64,000 nt of DNA from positions 45,031-109,030 of the forward strand of contig JAZSJH010000007.1 of the NCBI GenBank assembly GCA_045534265.1, in the 5' to 3' direction. The position numbers and the translations under genes were made by a program. Position 1 is the first letter of the stretch. Each line of letters opens with the position of its first letter. The stretch is from Clostridia bacterium (lineage in GTDB: Bacteria; Bacillota; Clostridia; Christensenellales; UBA1242). Below are positions 33,225-46,800 of the stretch, piece by piece. Below the pieces are notes generated by a model that was not told the origin of the DNA, made no database searches, and saw nothing but the letters and a program-made list of their open reading frames with translations.

Positions 33225-33962
33225 GTATTCTACTTCAAAACTTGCAAGGGTAGAAGATAGTATTTGATTTAGCTCTTGTTTGTATCCATCTAGTAGTCCT
33301 TCATTTAGAAAGCTAAAGCTGTCATTATTTGAAAGAATAATATGGTCTAGCATTCTTATACCCATAGTCTGTACTGCAAGGGTTAACTGTTTTGTAAAAG
33401 CCAAATCTTCTTGTGATGGTTTTGCAAGACTGTTTGGGTGAGTGTGGCAAATAATAATTCCGCTTGCGTTTTGCTCTAATATGCTAAAGGTCAATGCTTT
33501 AATATCCACAGCTATTTTTGATATGCTGCCGTTAGTGAAGTTTTCTGTTTTTATTACTTCGCATTTAGAATTAAGGTATGCAATATAAAATTTTTCCACA
33601 GGACCGATACTGATTATTTCGTTAAAGTATTCCATAGCCTGTCTTGGAGAAGCGATAATCACTTTGTCTTTTATTTTGCTATCTTTATATATTTGTGGTA
33701 TTTGCGAACACATATGTATAAAGCTAGCTGCAACATCACCAATACCATTTACTTGTTTTAATTTCGCAGGAGTTGCTTCAAAGACACCAGCAAGAGAACC
33801 AAATTTGTTTATTAAGTTGTGAGCAAGCGGATTTGTATCTTTTTGCGGGATTATATAAGAAAGTAATAACTCTAAAACCTGATGCTCTGGTAAATTCTGT
33901 AAACCTTTTTCAGCAAGCTGTCTTAGCCTTTCTCTATGTCCTTTGTGAATATTTTCTTTCAT
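33213..33962 (-). CDS. radC: RadC-family JAB/MPN domain protein
   Basis: 249 aa. HhH region GIGDVAA and the JAMM motif HTHPNS..PSQED. Confidence 0.85.
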   Translation of the reverse strand: MKENIHKGHRERLRQLAEKGLQNLPEHQVLELLLSYIIPQKDTNPLAHNLINKFGSLAGVFEATPAKLKQVNGIGDVAASFIHMCSQIPQIYKDSKIKDKVIIASPRQAMEYFNEIISIGPVEKFYIAYLNSKCEVIKTENFTNGSISKIAVDIKALTFSILEQNASGIIICHTHPNSLAKPSQEDLAFTKQLTLAVQTMGIRMLDHIILSNNDSFSFLNEGLLDGYKQELNQILSSTLASFEVEYKKD

Positions 33963-33970
33963 TAGTTCTC

Positions 33971-34309
33971 CTAAAGTAAAATGATAGTTATCCCCATATT
34001 GATTGTTCTAAGATCATTATCTACAACAATGTCTGGAGATAAGTGAATAACTGTATCATATAAGGGGTGTTTTGATGTAAAGTTTTCGCCCTTGATATAA
34101 TCTTTTATTATATGATTTCTTTTAGCTACAAGAAGGGCTTTGTGAAGTTCTTGCTTGATAAGCCCGCCCTTTGCGTGAGAGCCATGTCCGTGGACAATCT
34201 TCATTATTTTATTCCCAGCAACCTTTTGAACGTCTATTTCGCTCAAAGCATTTGCAACCGCAACATCAGCCGGAGGGAACTCTTGTTTGATATTTATTGT
34301 ATAAATCAT
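33971..34309 (-). CDS. Smr domain protein
   Basis: Start moved to ATG 34309 (GGAGAAAACA upstream). Smr-type block KIVHGHGSHAKGGLIKQELHKAL. Confidence 0.65.
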   Translation of the reverse strand: MIYTINIKQEFPPADVAVANALSEIDVQKVAGNKIMKIVHGHGSHAKGGLIKQELHKALLVAKRNHIIKDYIKGENFTSKHPLYDTVIHLSPDIVVDNDLRTINMGITIILL

Positions 34310-34380
34310 TGTTTTCTCCAATAAAATTATGCTTTATTTAGCCCAAAAAGTCAAATATATGCAAAAAATAGACTAAAATA

Positions 34381-34410
34381 TTAGGAAGAAGGACAAAATT
34401 ATGCTATAAT
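34381..34410 (+). promoter_or_regulatory. Candidate HU promoter
   Basis: TTAGGA, 18-nt spacer, TGcTATAAT (34402-34410). About a 40-nt leader with AAGGAG. Confidence 0.5.
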
Positions 34411-34458
34411 TAAGGTATCCATAAGGATAAAGGAATTACCTAAAAAGGAGTAAAATTT

Positions 34459-34728
34459 ATGAACAAAGGTGAATTTATCAAAAGTATGGCTGCAAAAGCA
34501 GACTTTACACAAAAAGACGCAGAAGTTGCTTACAACGCTTTCGTTGAAACAGTAGCTGAAGCTCTAAAAGCAGGAGATTCTGTAGCGCTTGCTGGTTTTG
34601 GAACTTTCTCAGTTAAAGAGAGAGCAGCAAGAGAAGGTATCAACCCAATCACAAAAGAAAAAATCCAAATCGCAGCTTGCAAAGCACCTGCATTGAAATT
34701 TGGTAAGAGTTTCAAAGATTCTCTTTAA
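34459..34728 (+). CDS. hup: HU-family DNA-binding protein
   Basis: 89 aa. MNKGEFI...GFGTFSVKERAAREGINPITKEKIQI matches the HU/IHF fold signature. Confidence 0.95.
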   Translation: MNKGEFIKSMAAKADFTQKDAEVAYNAFVETVAEALKAGDSVALAGFGTFSVKERAAREGINPITKEKIQIAACKAPALKFGKSFKDSL

Positions 34729-34792
34729 TTCATTACTTAAATTAAGGCAATAACCTTTGGGTAGAAAAAGTTGTTTTTTAAGCTTTTTCTAT

Positions 34793-34830
34793 CAAAAAAA
34801 CACAACCATTAATTTGGTTGTGTTTTTTTT
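34793..34830. terminator. Bidirectional terminator between HU and the giant gene
   Basis: CACAACC-attaattt-GGTTGTG flanked by A7 and T8. A second hairpin, TAGAAAAAG...CTTTTTCTA, lies just upstream (34762-34791). Confidence 0.8.
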
Positions 34831-34864
34831 GTTGTTTTGTAGTTCGCAATAAAAACCTATATTT

Positions 34865-37800
34865 TTATTCGCTAGCAGACACGTAGAATAGATATTCCCA
34901 AGTTAATACATCTGTTTGAGTAATATTTCCTTCGCTGTCTTTAATATCTGTTCCTATAAGGTTATTTTGATATTTTGATGTATTAGATATATTAATTACC
35001 ACTTTATAATTACCAGATTCTGAAATTATTGTGCCTGTAGGCGCTGTCACTACATTCCAAACTCTTACAGTTTCTCCATCTACAACAGAGTAAGAACTTT
35101 TATAGAAGGCAACAGTGTATTCTGTAGTAGAGAAGTCTACACCGCCGACAGATACGACATATTTTGATGTGTCAAATTTATCAAGCGAAGTATTATTTGT
35201 TGTTTCCATAGTAATAGGATCTTCTCCACCTTTGTAAATAATTAAAGGTGTAGATTCTACTATAGTAAATGAGTATGTTGCATTAGCGACATAAGAAGTA
35301 TTAGCAAGAATAATATTTGCTGTATAATCACCAGTATTGATAGGATCTACAGTAGCTCCTGCTGCATTTGTATAAATTATTTGAACTTTATCTCTAATTT
35401 CTTCTGTAATATCAGTGCCTGTTTTACTTACAATTGTGTAACCTATATCTATCTTTTGTCCAGTATAGTTCGCTACTGTTTGCGTTGCAAAAATAGAAGC
35501 AGATTGTGGGCGAATTGTAATTAATCTTTCATTGTGTCCAAGGAAGTTCTTATGATTTAGATCTACAATTAATTCATATGCACCACCTTGTTGTAGAGGA
35601 ATTTTTGTGTTTGTGCCAACAATTCTTGTTGTCAAGGCGTTTGCATCAATTGTTGAAACATCTGTTTTTACTCCATTAATCATTGCGTTTGCAGTTACAA
35701 TATATTCGCTACCTGTATAGTTGATGATTGTTGAAGTTGCAGATACCCCATCTATATCAATAGAAATATTTAGTTGAGTTCTTTTGATAATCAATGGAGC
35801 TGAAGAAGTTCCCTTAATTGCATAGTTTTCGTTAGTAGGTTTTAAAACGGCTGTATAGATACCTGCACGAGTAGGTGCATCAGTAGTTTCTGCATAGTTT
35901 TCTATACACTTTCCTTCTGCATTATACATTTTGCCAGAGTAATAAACTTGAACAAGTCCTGAGTGAGTATTAGTAGGAACAATTTGTTGAGGAGAACCAT
36001 TGTAATCAACAGATTTTCCAGAAATACTTGTTTCTAGTCTCTGTTTATAAATACTAAAGAATACTACTTTAGTTGAAGCATAATAGTTGTTGTTTCCAGT
36101 GGTTGTAACAATAGCTTTATAAGCTCCTTCAGTTTTTACGTCAGTTTCTGGGATTGTAATATAAGTATTGCTTTCGTTTAATTTTTTATAAGTTATACTA
36201 TGAGTTCCAGAGCCTGATGTTGCAGTCACAGATTTTTCACCTCCATCATAGTAGAAGTAACCTAAATCAGCTCCTGTGCAAGTAATAGGATCCATTACCT
36301 TAACAATCGTATAAGCAAAATTAATTTCTTCCCTTGAGTAATTTGTGTCGGCAGGAGTTACAACAATATGAGCTATATAATTACCAGCTTTTGTAGGAGC
36401 TGTTGTAGAACTGTACTCGTTACCTTCATTGTCTGCTCCAGTATAAGTTATATTCTTAGTAGAGTCTGTTGGATTTGTCAAAACAGAAACTGGTTTTGCA
36501 TCTCCTGTATAATTATAGTTGTCTACAGAACATTGAATTTCTGTTGCTGCAGGAAGAATCTCAAATACAACAACTTTTGAACAAGATTTGTAGTTTGTTG
36601 TAGCAGTTGTAGTAAATGTTGCTACGTATACTCCAGCGTCTCTAGGGGTTGCAGACGCTCCGTCTTTTGTAATAGAAGTATGAACAGATCCAACATCAGC
36701 TATAGTAGCAGTTGCGGTAATGGCTTTTTGAGTGCCATCAAAGATCATTTCTTCAGGAATATTATAATTAATATCGACTTCTGCTTGCTCTATAACAAAT
36801 GTATATTCAATACTTCTGTTAAAGTTTTCTGGTTCGCTAGTAATTGTAAAGTAAATAGTATAAGCTCCAGCATCTCTCATATTAGAGTTTGAGATGCTTG
36901 TTGTGTATTGTGTTCCGTTAAATACCGCAGTTGCAGTAGGAACTTTTATATTACCATCATAAACTTGATTCAAATTAGTTACCACATAAGTAGGATTTGC
37001 CTTTGTTATAGTAACAATAATATATGGTCTAGAAGAATCTTTATATGCAACTGCAAAGTTTGGAGAAGATGATACAGCTTGAATGTAGTAAGTATTTGCA
37101 TCAGTTGGTAAACCGTCAATATAGTTACTTGGAGTCAAGCTATATTTATATGACATATATTCAAAGTTTGCAATATAGTTTGGTAATGCAATTGCGTTTC
37201 CTGTATATTCAACTTCAAAATCATCAATATCAAGAATCAAAGTTCTCTTTGAAACAAATATGTTAGCAATAGCTTCACCTTGATAGTTGTTTTCATCAAT
37301 AATGAACTTGATTGTATGATTACCTACAGGAGGGGTAATTTCTTGGAAAGTATTATTTCCATTAATATTAATCAAATATTTTACTTTATAACTTCCAATA
37401 TGTGTTGGGATTCTATTAAGCTCACCATAAGACATATTAATATCAGAAGGAGAGAGATTAGTAACAATCTTTTTATTGATTGTAATATCTCTAGAAAGAA
37501 CAGGGTATCCCTTATAACATACAGATACTACATATTGACCGGCATCCTTCACTTCATTTACAGTGTAACCATCTTTCATAATCACAAGAGATAGGTCTGC
37601 TCCGTAAAGTGATTGATCAGATGAAGATGTAAATTGATAAGTTACTGTTTTTGCAGATCCATTAAATGAATCTCCGTTAACAGGAGTTGATAAAGATATT
37701 GCAGGAATAACAGTAAATGTTGTACTAGCTTCACCTGCTGCATTTGTTAGAGTGATTGTATATTCACCAATTTCGCTTACGTGAGTTACGATTTCTCCAT

Positions 37801-40800
37801 TTAATTGATATGTCTTTGTAATAGTGCCTGTTTGAAGTATTCCATTTAGATACAAACTTGCATTAACAACGATATCATTTCCTGTATACATATAATATAA
37901 GCTTTCTGTAACAGCCTTATTTTGTGTTGTTTCTACAGAATAAATTACATAGTCAGCGATTTTTTCTCCCATAGCATTTGCATCACAAACAATCATTTTA
38001 ATCTTATGAGAACCAATAGTTGTTGGTCTAACTTCTGTGTATTCAGAAGCATTTTCAAGTTGATATAAATATTTAATATTATAAGTAACTGAATCATAAG
38101 TTATTGTTTTGTGTAGGTTTGGTAATGTTCCAACTGCTAAATTGAAGTTAACCAATGTTAAATGTGAAGACAAATCAGTTTTATTAATTGTAAATGAATA
38201 TTCTGATGAAAGATAATTGTCGGCGATAAGAGTTGCAATATATTCTCCTGCCAATTCTGGAATTACAAAACTATCATAATTATTAACAGCAGAAAGTGTT
38301 CCGTCAGGCAGATAAGTTTTTCCTACATATTTGAAGATATAAGTTCCATTAATAACAACTTCGCCTATTGCTGTGGCTCCAATATTTAATTGTCCGCCGT
38401 TATATAGAGTAACAGTATAATTATTGCTCTTTGTGATTGTAAAGCTTTCTGTAATTACAGGTGCGCTATAGTTGCAATTAACAAGCATTGCCTTCACAAC
38501 ATAAGTTCCAGAGTCTACAGGAAGAGTTTTATCTTCACCAAATGTCATTTCTATGCTATCGAAAAGATCTGTCCTTTCTGTTGTGTTCAAAAATGCTTTT
38601 GCAGTTGGAGTAAGTCCTTCGCCAGTGTACATTTGAGACAAAGACAAAGTATCAAAGCTTAATGTTATAGTAGATAATTTTTCTATCTCAAAGTTTTGAG
38701 AACTTTCAACAGCATTGTAGTTGTTGTTGCCTGCAAATGAAACTTTGACAACATAGTTTCCGGCATTTGTAGGAGCTGAAGTTGTTGAAGAGTAACTTAC
38801 GCCATCATTATCTACACCAGTGTAAGATGTAACATATGTCAATGATTCTACAGTCTTAACGATTTGTGGAGATCTTGGATTTCCATTGTATACAATAGAT
38901 CCAGAAATGTTGAAGGTTATTACAGGGGTTGCTCTTGCAATAACTAATGTTGTTGAAACTCTGCCAGAGTAGTTTGTGCTTCGAGGTGTTGCAATGATGG
39001 TATATACACCAGCATTTTCTGGGAATTCTGTATATTCTCTAAATGTATCGCTCAAAGTTCCATCTGCATTGTATTCAAATCCTTGATATGAATATAAAAC
39101 ATCTGCATCACTAGGAGCATTTGGTCTTAAATCATCCAAAGACATATCTTCAGAGTAAGTCATAACAAGTGTTCCAGTTGTGTCATAAGAAACTTGTAGT
39201 GTTTTTGGATAGATTTTGTAAGTAAAGCTTTGTGTGGTTGGCAAGTAGTTAGAATCTGCACTAGGGTTACAATATACATATACTTCGTAAATTCCAGCAT
39301 CACATGGTTCATCTTCTGATCCATTGTAAGTAATAGTAATTACATCTCTTAATGAAGCAGGATAGTTAAATGTTGGAACAATCTCATGTCCTTCAGCAAC
39401 GTAAGTAGTGTTTGTAGGAGCTGTAATAGTGATGTTTGGAACCGCTCTTTCGATAACATAATTTGCTTTTGCCTCGTTGGCAAAGAAATTTTGAGATTTT
39501 GTTACTACAACTTTGTATTCGTAAGAACCCGCATAAGTAGGAGCTGTTGTGATTCCATTGTAGTAAGCTCTTGCCATTGATCCTACAGCGGCAGTAATGT
39601 CAACGTTATTTTCATTAAATATCTTAAAGGTTGGTTTAATTGTTGAACCAGAATATACATAATCTGTTGGCATAGTTATTTCTATTCTAGTAGAAGTTGG
39701 TTTGATAGTTAATGTGGCAACCGCTGTTCCAAAATAATTTGTACTGTTGATTGTAGCAACGGCGTAATAAATATCTGCGGTGTATGGATTAGTAATAGTT
39801 GTAGCAGAACTTGTTCTATAAGAAATGTTTATTGGAAGTCCAGAAATAGATGTTGTTGCAGATAGAGTATGGGTTTGACCATCATACAAATATTCTGCAG
39901 AAGACATAGTAATTGCTGCCTCAATTTTGCTGATAGTAAAGTTATTGCTACAAGTAAATACAACAGGGGTCGCAAATCCAGCGAAATTAACAGTATATGT
40001 TGTTTTAATAGCATAATTTCCTGCGTCGACAGGAACGGTTGTTGATTCTGCGCCGGTTGCTTGATTAATATACTTAATTGTTGGGGTAGATCCTGTATAT
40101 TTTGTTGCAGGAAGTACTTCTTGAATCTCAACATTGCCAAGGTCTGCTCCGCCATTTTCAAGCATTGGCACTTTTGCAGTCCAACCTTGGAAATATGCAG
40201 AAATATTAGGAGATTGAGCAGAACCATTGTATTCAAAGTTAAATGTATCAATTTCTGTTATAAGCTTTAGGTTTACAGTAAGTTTAATCATAACTGAAAT
40301 TGTAGATCCGGTGTCGAAGTTAATACTTAGAGGAATTTTTGCGATTGAAACCTGATTATTTTCGTTCGGAGAAATAGAAACATTATAAGTTCCATCTGCG
40401 TCAGGAGTCAATCTGTCTGCTGCATTTTCGCATTGATCAATAGCTCTTAATGCAGAGATAGATCCTTCTGTTAGTGAGTTATATGAGTATTCAAAAGCGG
40501 CAGCAACAAATGTTGGCCAAGTTAATCCATCATCACCACCTTTGCTCATAGAATGCAATGTTCTAATAGTTTCATTAGTTTCTGCAAGGGTAGAAAGTTT
40601 TAACTCATCATAAATATTAAACACGCCAAGATCTATTGTTCCGTTTATAACAAGTATACGAATATCGGCAACATACATGCTATTAGTATCGTTAGGGACA
40701 ATAGAAACAGTAAATGATTCTGCACCATTAGGGTTATTTTTTACACTTTCCAATAGTTGAGCATATGAACTATATGTGTAACCAGATTGTGGTGTATAAG

Positions 40801-43800
40801 TTCCGCTTGCTCCTCCAGAATATTTAGACACATAGACAGGGTTTGTAACACCATCTCTAAAGTATTTTAGAGTATATCCATCGCTAGCTGCATCTGAACC
40901 ATTATTGATTGATTTATAAACTTTTATAATTTCTGACTGATGAGCTGGGTTTGAAACATCTATTAAGCCATCACCTGAACCAGCATTTGTTGTTTTTGCA
41001 TAGAAAGTAGTTGGTTTTATTCTTACAAGTGCGTTAAGAACTGTTTCCAAGAAATAATTGCTTGTATTTAATTTAATTTCTAATAAATATAAACCAGCAT
41101 TTGTAGAAGAATCCAAATCATATTTGTAATAATGATATAAGCCATCGCCTAAAGGTCTTTTGCCGTCACTTTCGTTATATACATTTTTATACTCTGCTTT
41201 GTTGCCTTTTGTTCCATTATTATATTCATAAGCGTTAATTGAGTAAAATTCAAACCAAGTATCTTCTGACCCATAATTCCAAGCATTTCTAAACTTGTCA
41301 ATATCGCTTCCGCCTGGAAGATTAATTAAATTGTGCAAGAAAATGTGGTTTGAATTAACTACAACAGAGTCTGGATAATCATAGCTTGCTCTAGTCTTTT
41401 CAAATAGGTTTGCCCAGTATTCGTCTAAGAATATAGATCCGTATGATGCTTCAATTTCAACAAGATTACTACCGCTTAATTTTTCTGTAAACACAGTTGT
41501 TTCTTGTTTGTTAAATACGGTATTTAGAATGAACTCTAAAGAACCAACGGTTAAAGAGTAGTTAGTATTGTCAAAAGACAAAGTGGTAGATGTTGTTGCT
41601 ACGGCTGACGAAGAAACATCTGCAATTTGTGCAAAAGCATTTTTAATTGTAGTGCCAGCAATGGTGCCAGAAATGTTTGCAACTAGATTTAATTGAATAG
41701 TTTCGGCATTAGTGTAGTCGGTAGCTGTAGGGTTTTTGATTTTTACACTTATTTCAAATGTGACAGATTTGTTTATTGTATAATCGCTAAAGCCCCAATA
41801 TGTTGGATTCTCTGTTGAGTAGAAGCTTGTGTTATATTCGCTAACAGCATTTGCATTCTCCAAAAGAGAGAATTTTTTTGTTGAAGAGTCAAATGTGATT
41901 CCTGCTGTGTTTGAAGAAACAATAGCATCTTCAGTGATCGCATAAGGATTTACTGTAAATGAAATTTCTGCAAAGGTAATGGCAAAGTTTATATCATTGC
42001 TTATATAAACAATAGTCATCTTATGAATGCCAGCAGGAAGATTAATTAGTTCCTCGCCTGTGTACATAGGTGATGGCATTGCTGCCAAACCATTATTTAT
42101 TTGATCTCCAATTATTCTTCCATCATCAAGGGTAAAGTCTGTTGGAATAGGGCCTCCAGGAGTGATAACACCGAAGTTGTCACGAACTAAAAACCATCTG
42201 CCAAGAGAGTTTTTCAATGCTGCTTCATTGTATTTGTTTGTTGTTCCATCAAAAGATATTGTATGAACATTTTCTCCGCCTTTTGCAGATAAGTTAAGGG
42301 TCAACTCATTTACGAAGCCATAAGTATAAGACATATTTCCTTCTATTGATAGTAAAGGAGCATCAATAGTTATTGTTGTATAAATGTATTCTGATTCGTA
42401 GTTTTTATTAAAACATTTAATTCTTACATCATAAATACCGTTTGTAATTGGTGCAATGTCTGAATAATTAGAATCATTTTCGTTTGTATCTTTATATTCA
42501 ATAAGGAAATCTTTCGCCTCAAGTCCAGTAATTGTTTTATTAGAGCCTGTGGTCTTTACTGTTAGATAAGATACGTCGTATCCTTGTTGTTCTGCTGTGT
42601 AATTTATAACAATGCCATCTTCATATCCAGGATTAATGGTTACAACAACTTCTTTTCGTTTAACAATAAATGAAATATATTCACTATGGGTATAATTGGA
42701 AATATTTTGAGAAGCAGTTGCAGAAGAAGAAACATCAACATAATAATAATAAGTTCCCGCAGGCAAATCTTTGATAGAAGAGTCTGCCTTGCTTGAAAGC
42801 CTCCAAACATCTCCAGAGCCATCTGTTGAATTTGTTACGCATAGTTGAATTAATGCTTGACTTCCAGATGAGTTAGTATAGTCTTTATTGTATGCTTTGG
42901 CATTTGCAACGTTAAGGTAGAATATTGATAATATTTCGGTAGAAATAAATTCTTCTGGAACTACAACATAATTAGATAATCCATCAATAGGTTTCTTATT
43001 GACAATAATTGTGCAAGTTGCAGTAAAGGTACTACCTTCTGTGTAGAAATTTGTTGTATCTTCTAAAGTAAAGGTAACTTGATATTTTCCTGCTTTTTTA
43101 ATAAATGTTGGATTTGAATTATTATCTAAATTTTTGATTGTTCTAGAAACGTATAATCCAAGAACATTTGCATCATTTTCATATTTAATAGCAAGAGGTT
43201 GTTGAGATCCATTTACTGCATTTACAAAAGGAAGTTCAATATTTTCACCAGTATAAACAAGTTCAATGTTTTCTGCAGAAAGGGTCGCAGTTGTTTTTTC
43301 AACAGTAAAGTATCCAATAAATTCTGTTTGAGAAGGTGCGTTGTAGTTTGCGCCTGCAGTTATTGATGCCTTTACCATATAAGTGAATCCGTCTGTTCTT
43401 GGAACTATAGGGGCTTGCGTTGGAGTTCCGGTTGTTTCTTCTGTGCTCCAAACAAGATAATACTTGTAGTCAATACCGAAGTATATATCTCTATCTCCAT
43501 TGTGTTCGTAAGAATAGGTTAGAGTTGACTCATCATATGATTGTGGCTCAAATAAAGCAGATTTATCTATTGTTGTTAAAGCATTGTATACATATGAACC
43601 TGTAAAAGAAATTGCTGAAGGTTCAGAAGAATAGTTTGCCATTGTTGGAACATTAGTCTTATTAACAGTAAGGTTTGCTGTTTTTAATGTTTCTTTAATG
43701 TTGCCATCTTTTGATTTGATAGAAAGGGTAATTTTATATGGACCGCCAGCCTTATTTAGAGCTATGACAGCTGCATTGTCAGTTCCTGTTGGATCAATTA

Positions 43801-46800
43801 TCATTGACAAATATGAAATTGTTAGATAATAATTTGTCCAAGAGTCAGAACCGAAAGGAGCGTTTGTTATCATACCGTCATCATCACCATTTTCTGGTTC
43901 TTGTTTTCCAAATACAAGCATATTGTAGAATTTTTCAGCACCAGTTACGCCGTCGCTGTAGGCAATGTCATAAGTCATTGTGTAACGGATAATACCAATA
44001 GCACCGTTATAGAATATTGGATTGATTTCGTATGTCTCAGAATCTGAGCCTGTATAGTTTTCACTGCCTGTTTCGATAGAAATTTCTATTGTATAAGTTC
44101 CGGCATTACAAGGGATGGCTACTTCGGCGATTTTTCCTTCGTCAAAGTAAGGATCACCATTTTTCATTTCTCCACGATAGCAAATATGTAGCCACTCTGG
44201 AGCAACGCTTGTAGTATCTGCAGAATCATAAACTAGATTTGCAGTAATTTCTTCGCCACCAATTGTTAGGGCAGGTCCGGCAAAGACTTTGTAGTGACGA
44301 GTGATAGGAGATGTTGTTGAAACATAATTAAATGAAGAAGTTTCGTTCCAAATAACATTAATTTCAATAGGAACAATCTCAAAATCACAATGTTCGTTAT
44401 AGTAATAGTAGTTAGCTTTATCAATTAAGAATGTTACAGCATAAGTTCCTACGTTAACAGGATCTTCTGTTCTTTCTGTGTAGTTTGTGCTAGCAGCATC
44501 TCTATCCCAGTAAGTAGAAGTTACACCGTATATTTCTTCTGGGTTTGTGATATAGAAAAATTCAAGGTCTGATTGATAAGTTATCTTGTTTGTAAAGTTA
44601 TAAACTTTAACTTGAACTTTTTCAACCATAAATACGTTATAGTAAGTTATAGTTTCTTCAGTTGTTGCAGGGTCCCCATCTTCAAATACTGCATAGTTAG
44701 AGTTTAGTGATGAAATAATTGTTCTTGCAAGGTATACGCCACTTGTCTTTGGAGAGTAAACGCTATCTGTATACTCAGGTGTGCCGTCACCGATAGAACT
44801 TGAGTTTGTCAAAAGATAATCTTTTGAGCCGTCATTGTAATAGAATTTAACATCTAGTGTTGCGGCAGATTTGTCCAAAACAACATAGAAGTTGTTAGAA
44901 TCTGCAGGGAATACTTTCTTTACTTCGCCATTATCGATATAGTACATAAAGCCAGTATCACCATTTTCTTCATCATGGAAAGTAATACCAAAGTATCTAT
45001 TTTGCATTCCTAGAGTTTGTCTTAAGAATCTGTAGTTTGCAAGGGTTGTAGGAATGTTATATGTGTTTTCAGCTGTGTATGCTCCATCATAAACGATATT
45101 TCTTTCCTCGCCGTCATCAGCCGGAATATTTGTATAGGTTGTGTATTTATTTCCGTCTGCTGTTCCTAGCTTTTCAACAGATGCACCATATGACCACTCA
45201 AGAACTGTTGTATCTATCATTTGTTTTGTAACAACAAGTGCTAGGTTATTAATAGTAAGACTATTAAAGTTTTTGTCTGTTGGTGTATATGTTGCCATAA
45301 TAAGGTGTGCTGTACTTTGAACGGCATAAGTTGCTGTTGATGAAGTAGAGTATTCTGCGTCTACACCATTGATATTGATAGGTGCGCCATCGCCATTAAT
45401 AAATTGATATTTGCCACCAATAAATGTAGGTCTCTTTGAACCATAAACAATACTGCTAATGGTCGGAGCTTCTACTATTTCAAGGTCGGCTTTGTTTACA
45501 ACAAGGCTGCCATAGTTTTTGATGTTTAGAGCAAACATTGAAGAAACATCTTCTCCAGCCTTGTCTTTAATTACAACAAGTTCTTTGAATACAGTTACTG
45601 TATAAGAGCCCGCTGGGAATACAGTAGATGAAGGAGTCGTTTTTTCTGTTTGGCTTGTAATACCTTTTATGTTAAAGGCTGCATTTGTGTATTCAACAGT
45701 ATATTCTTCGCTAAAAGTAGTGATTTTGAATACTTCATTTACAAGATATTTATCACCATATGTTTTTTCAACGATTTGAGTACCTACTTGAGTTAAGCTA
45801 TCAATAGAAATGTCAAGTAGAGATTGTCCTAGGTAGAAAAGCTCTACATAGTTTTGGTCGATAGTTACATTGTAGCAATCTTCCAAAATAGTTCCTGTGT
45901 TTGATGTAAACTCAAAAGTAATAATATAGTTTTCTTCAGTATCTTTGTTAAGAGATATAATATTAGATTCGCTTCGAGATGTAAGTCCAATATACTTAAT
46001 TGCACAAGAATCGCTATATGCAAGTCCTGGCTTAAATGAGTAAACAAGAGCATCTATTTTTTCTTGCATTGTTGCAAGGTCGTCATACTCTGTAAACCCA
46101 TATGATTGTGGGGTGAATGCAAGAGTAAGTTCTCTTGGAACAACAGTTAGTGTTCCTGGAGTAAATGTTACATCAAAGTTTCCACCAGCGGTTAAATTTC
46201 CTTGTCCGATAGTGTAAGAGTTGTTTGCATATAAAAGCCCATAAGTTGTAAGAGCAAGGCTACCACTAAATGTAGGAGCGTCTGTTGAATAAGTTCTTAC
46301 TTCGATTTGTTCTTCTCCGTCTTCATCTATGTAAGTAAATTCATCAACTATGCTATGTGTATATTGATATCTAGAAACAACTTCTCCATACTGAATTGTT
46401 GCATCACTAGCTTTAATTATCATTGGTCTTGGAATAATTGTGTATACGCCAGGGGTGTATGTTAAGTAGTAGTTGTCAGAAATTAATTCTAGATTTGTGC
46501 CTAAGATAGGGTATTGACCAACATTTTCATTGTCTGCTCTATAAAGTTCTCCAGACAAAACAGTATTAATATTATCTCTAGCCGCTAGATTAATATCTGC
46601 TAGATCAATTTCTAGAACTCTAGGAGCTTCACCATAATAAATAGGATTTTCTTCTGTGTAGCTTATAGGAGTTACTCTAAGCTCTCTTTTTTCGATAACA
46701 AATACACCTTCTGTAAATACAGGGTTGTAATATGTCTTTGTGTCATATAGTTCGATATCGTCAGCAAGAGAGATTGTATATCCATCTGTTGTAACATCTT

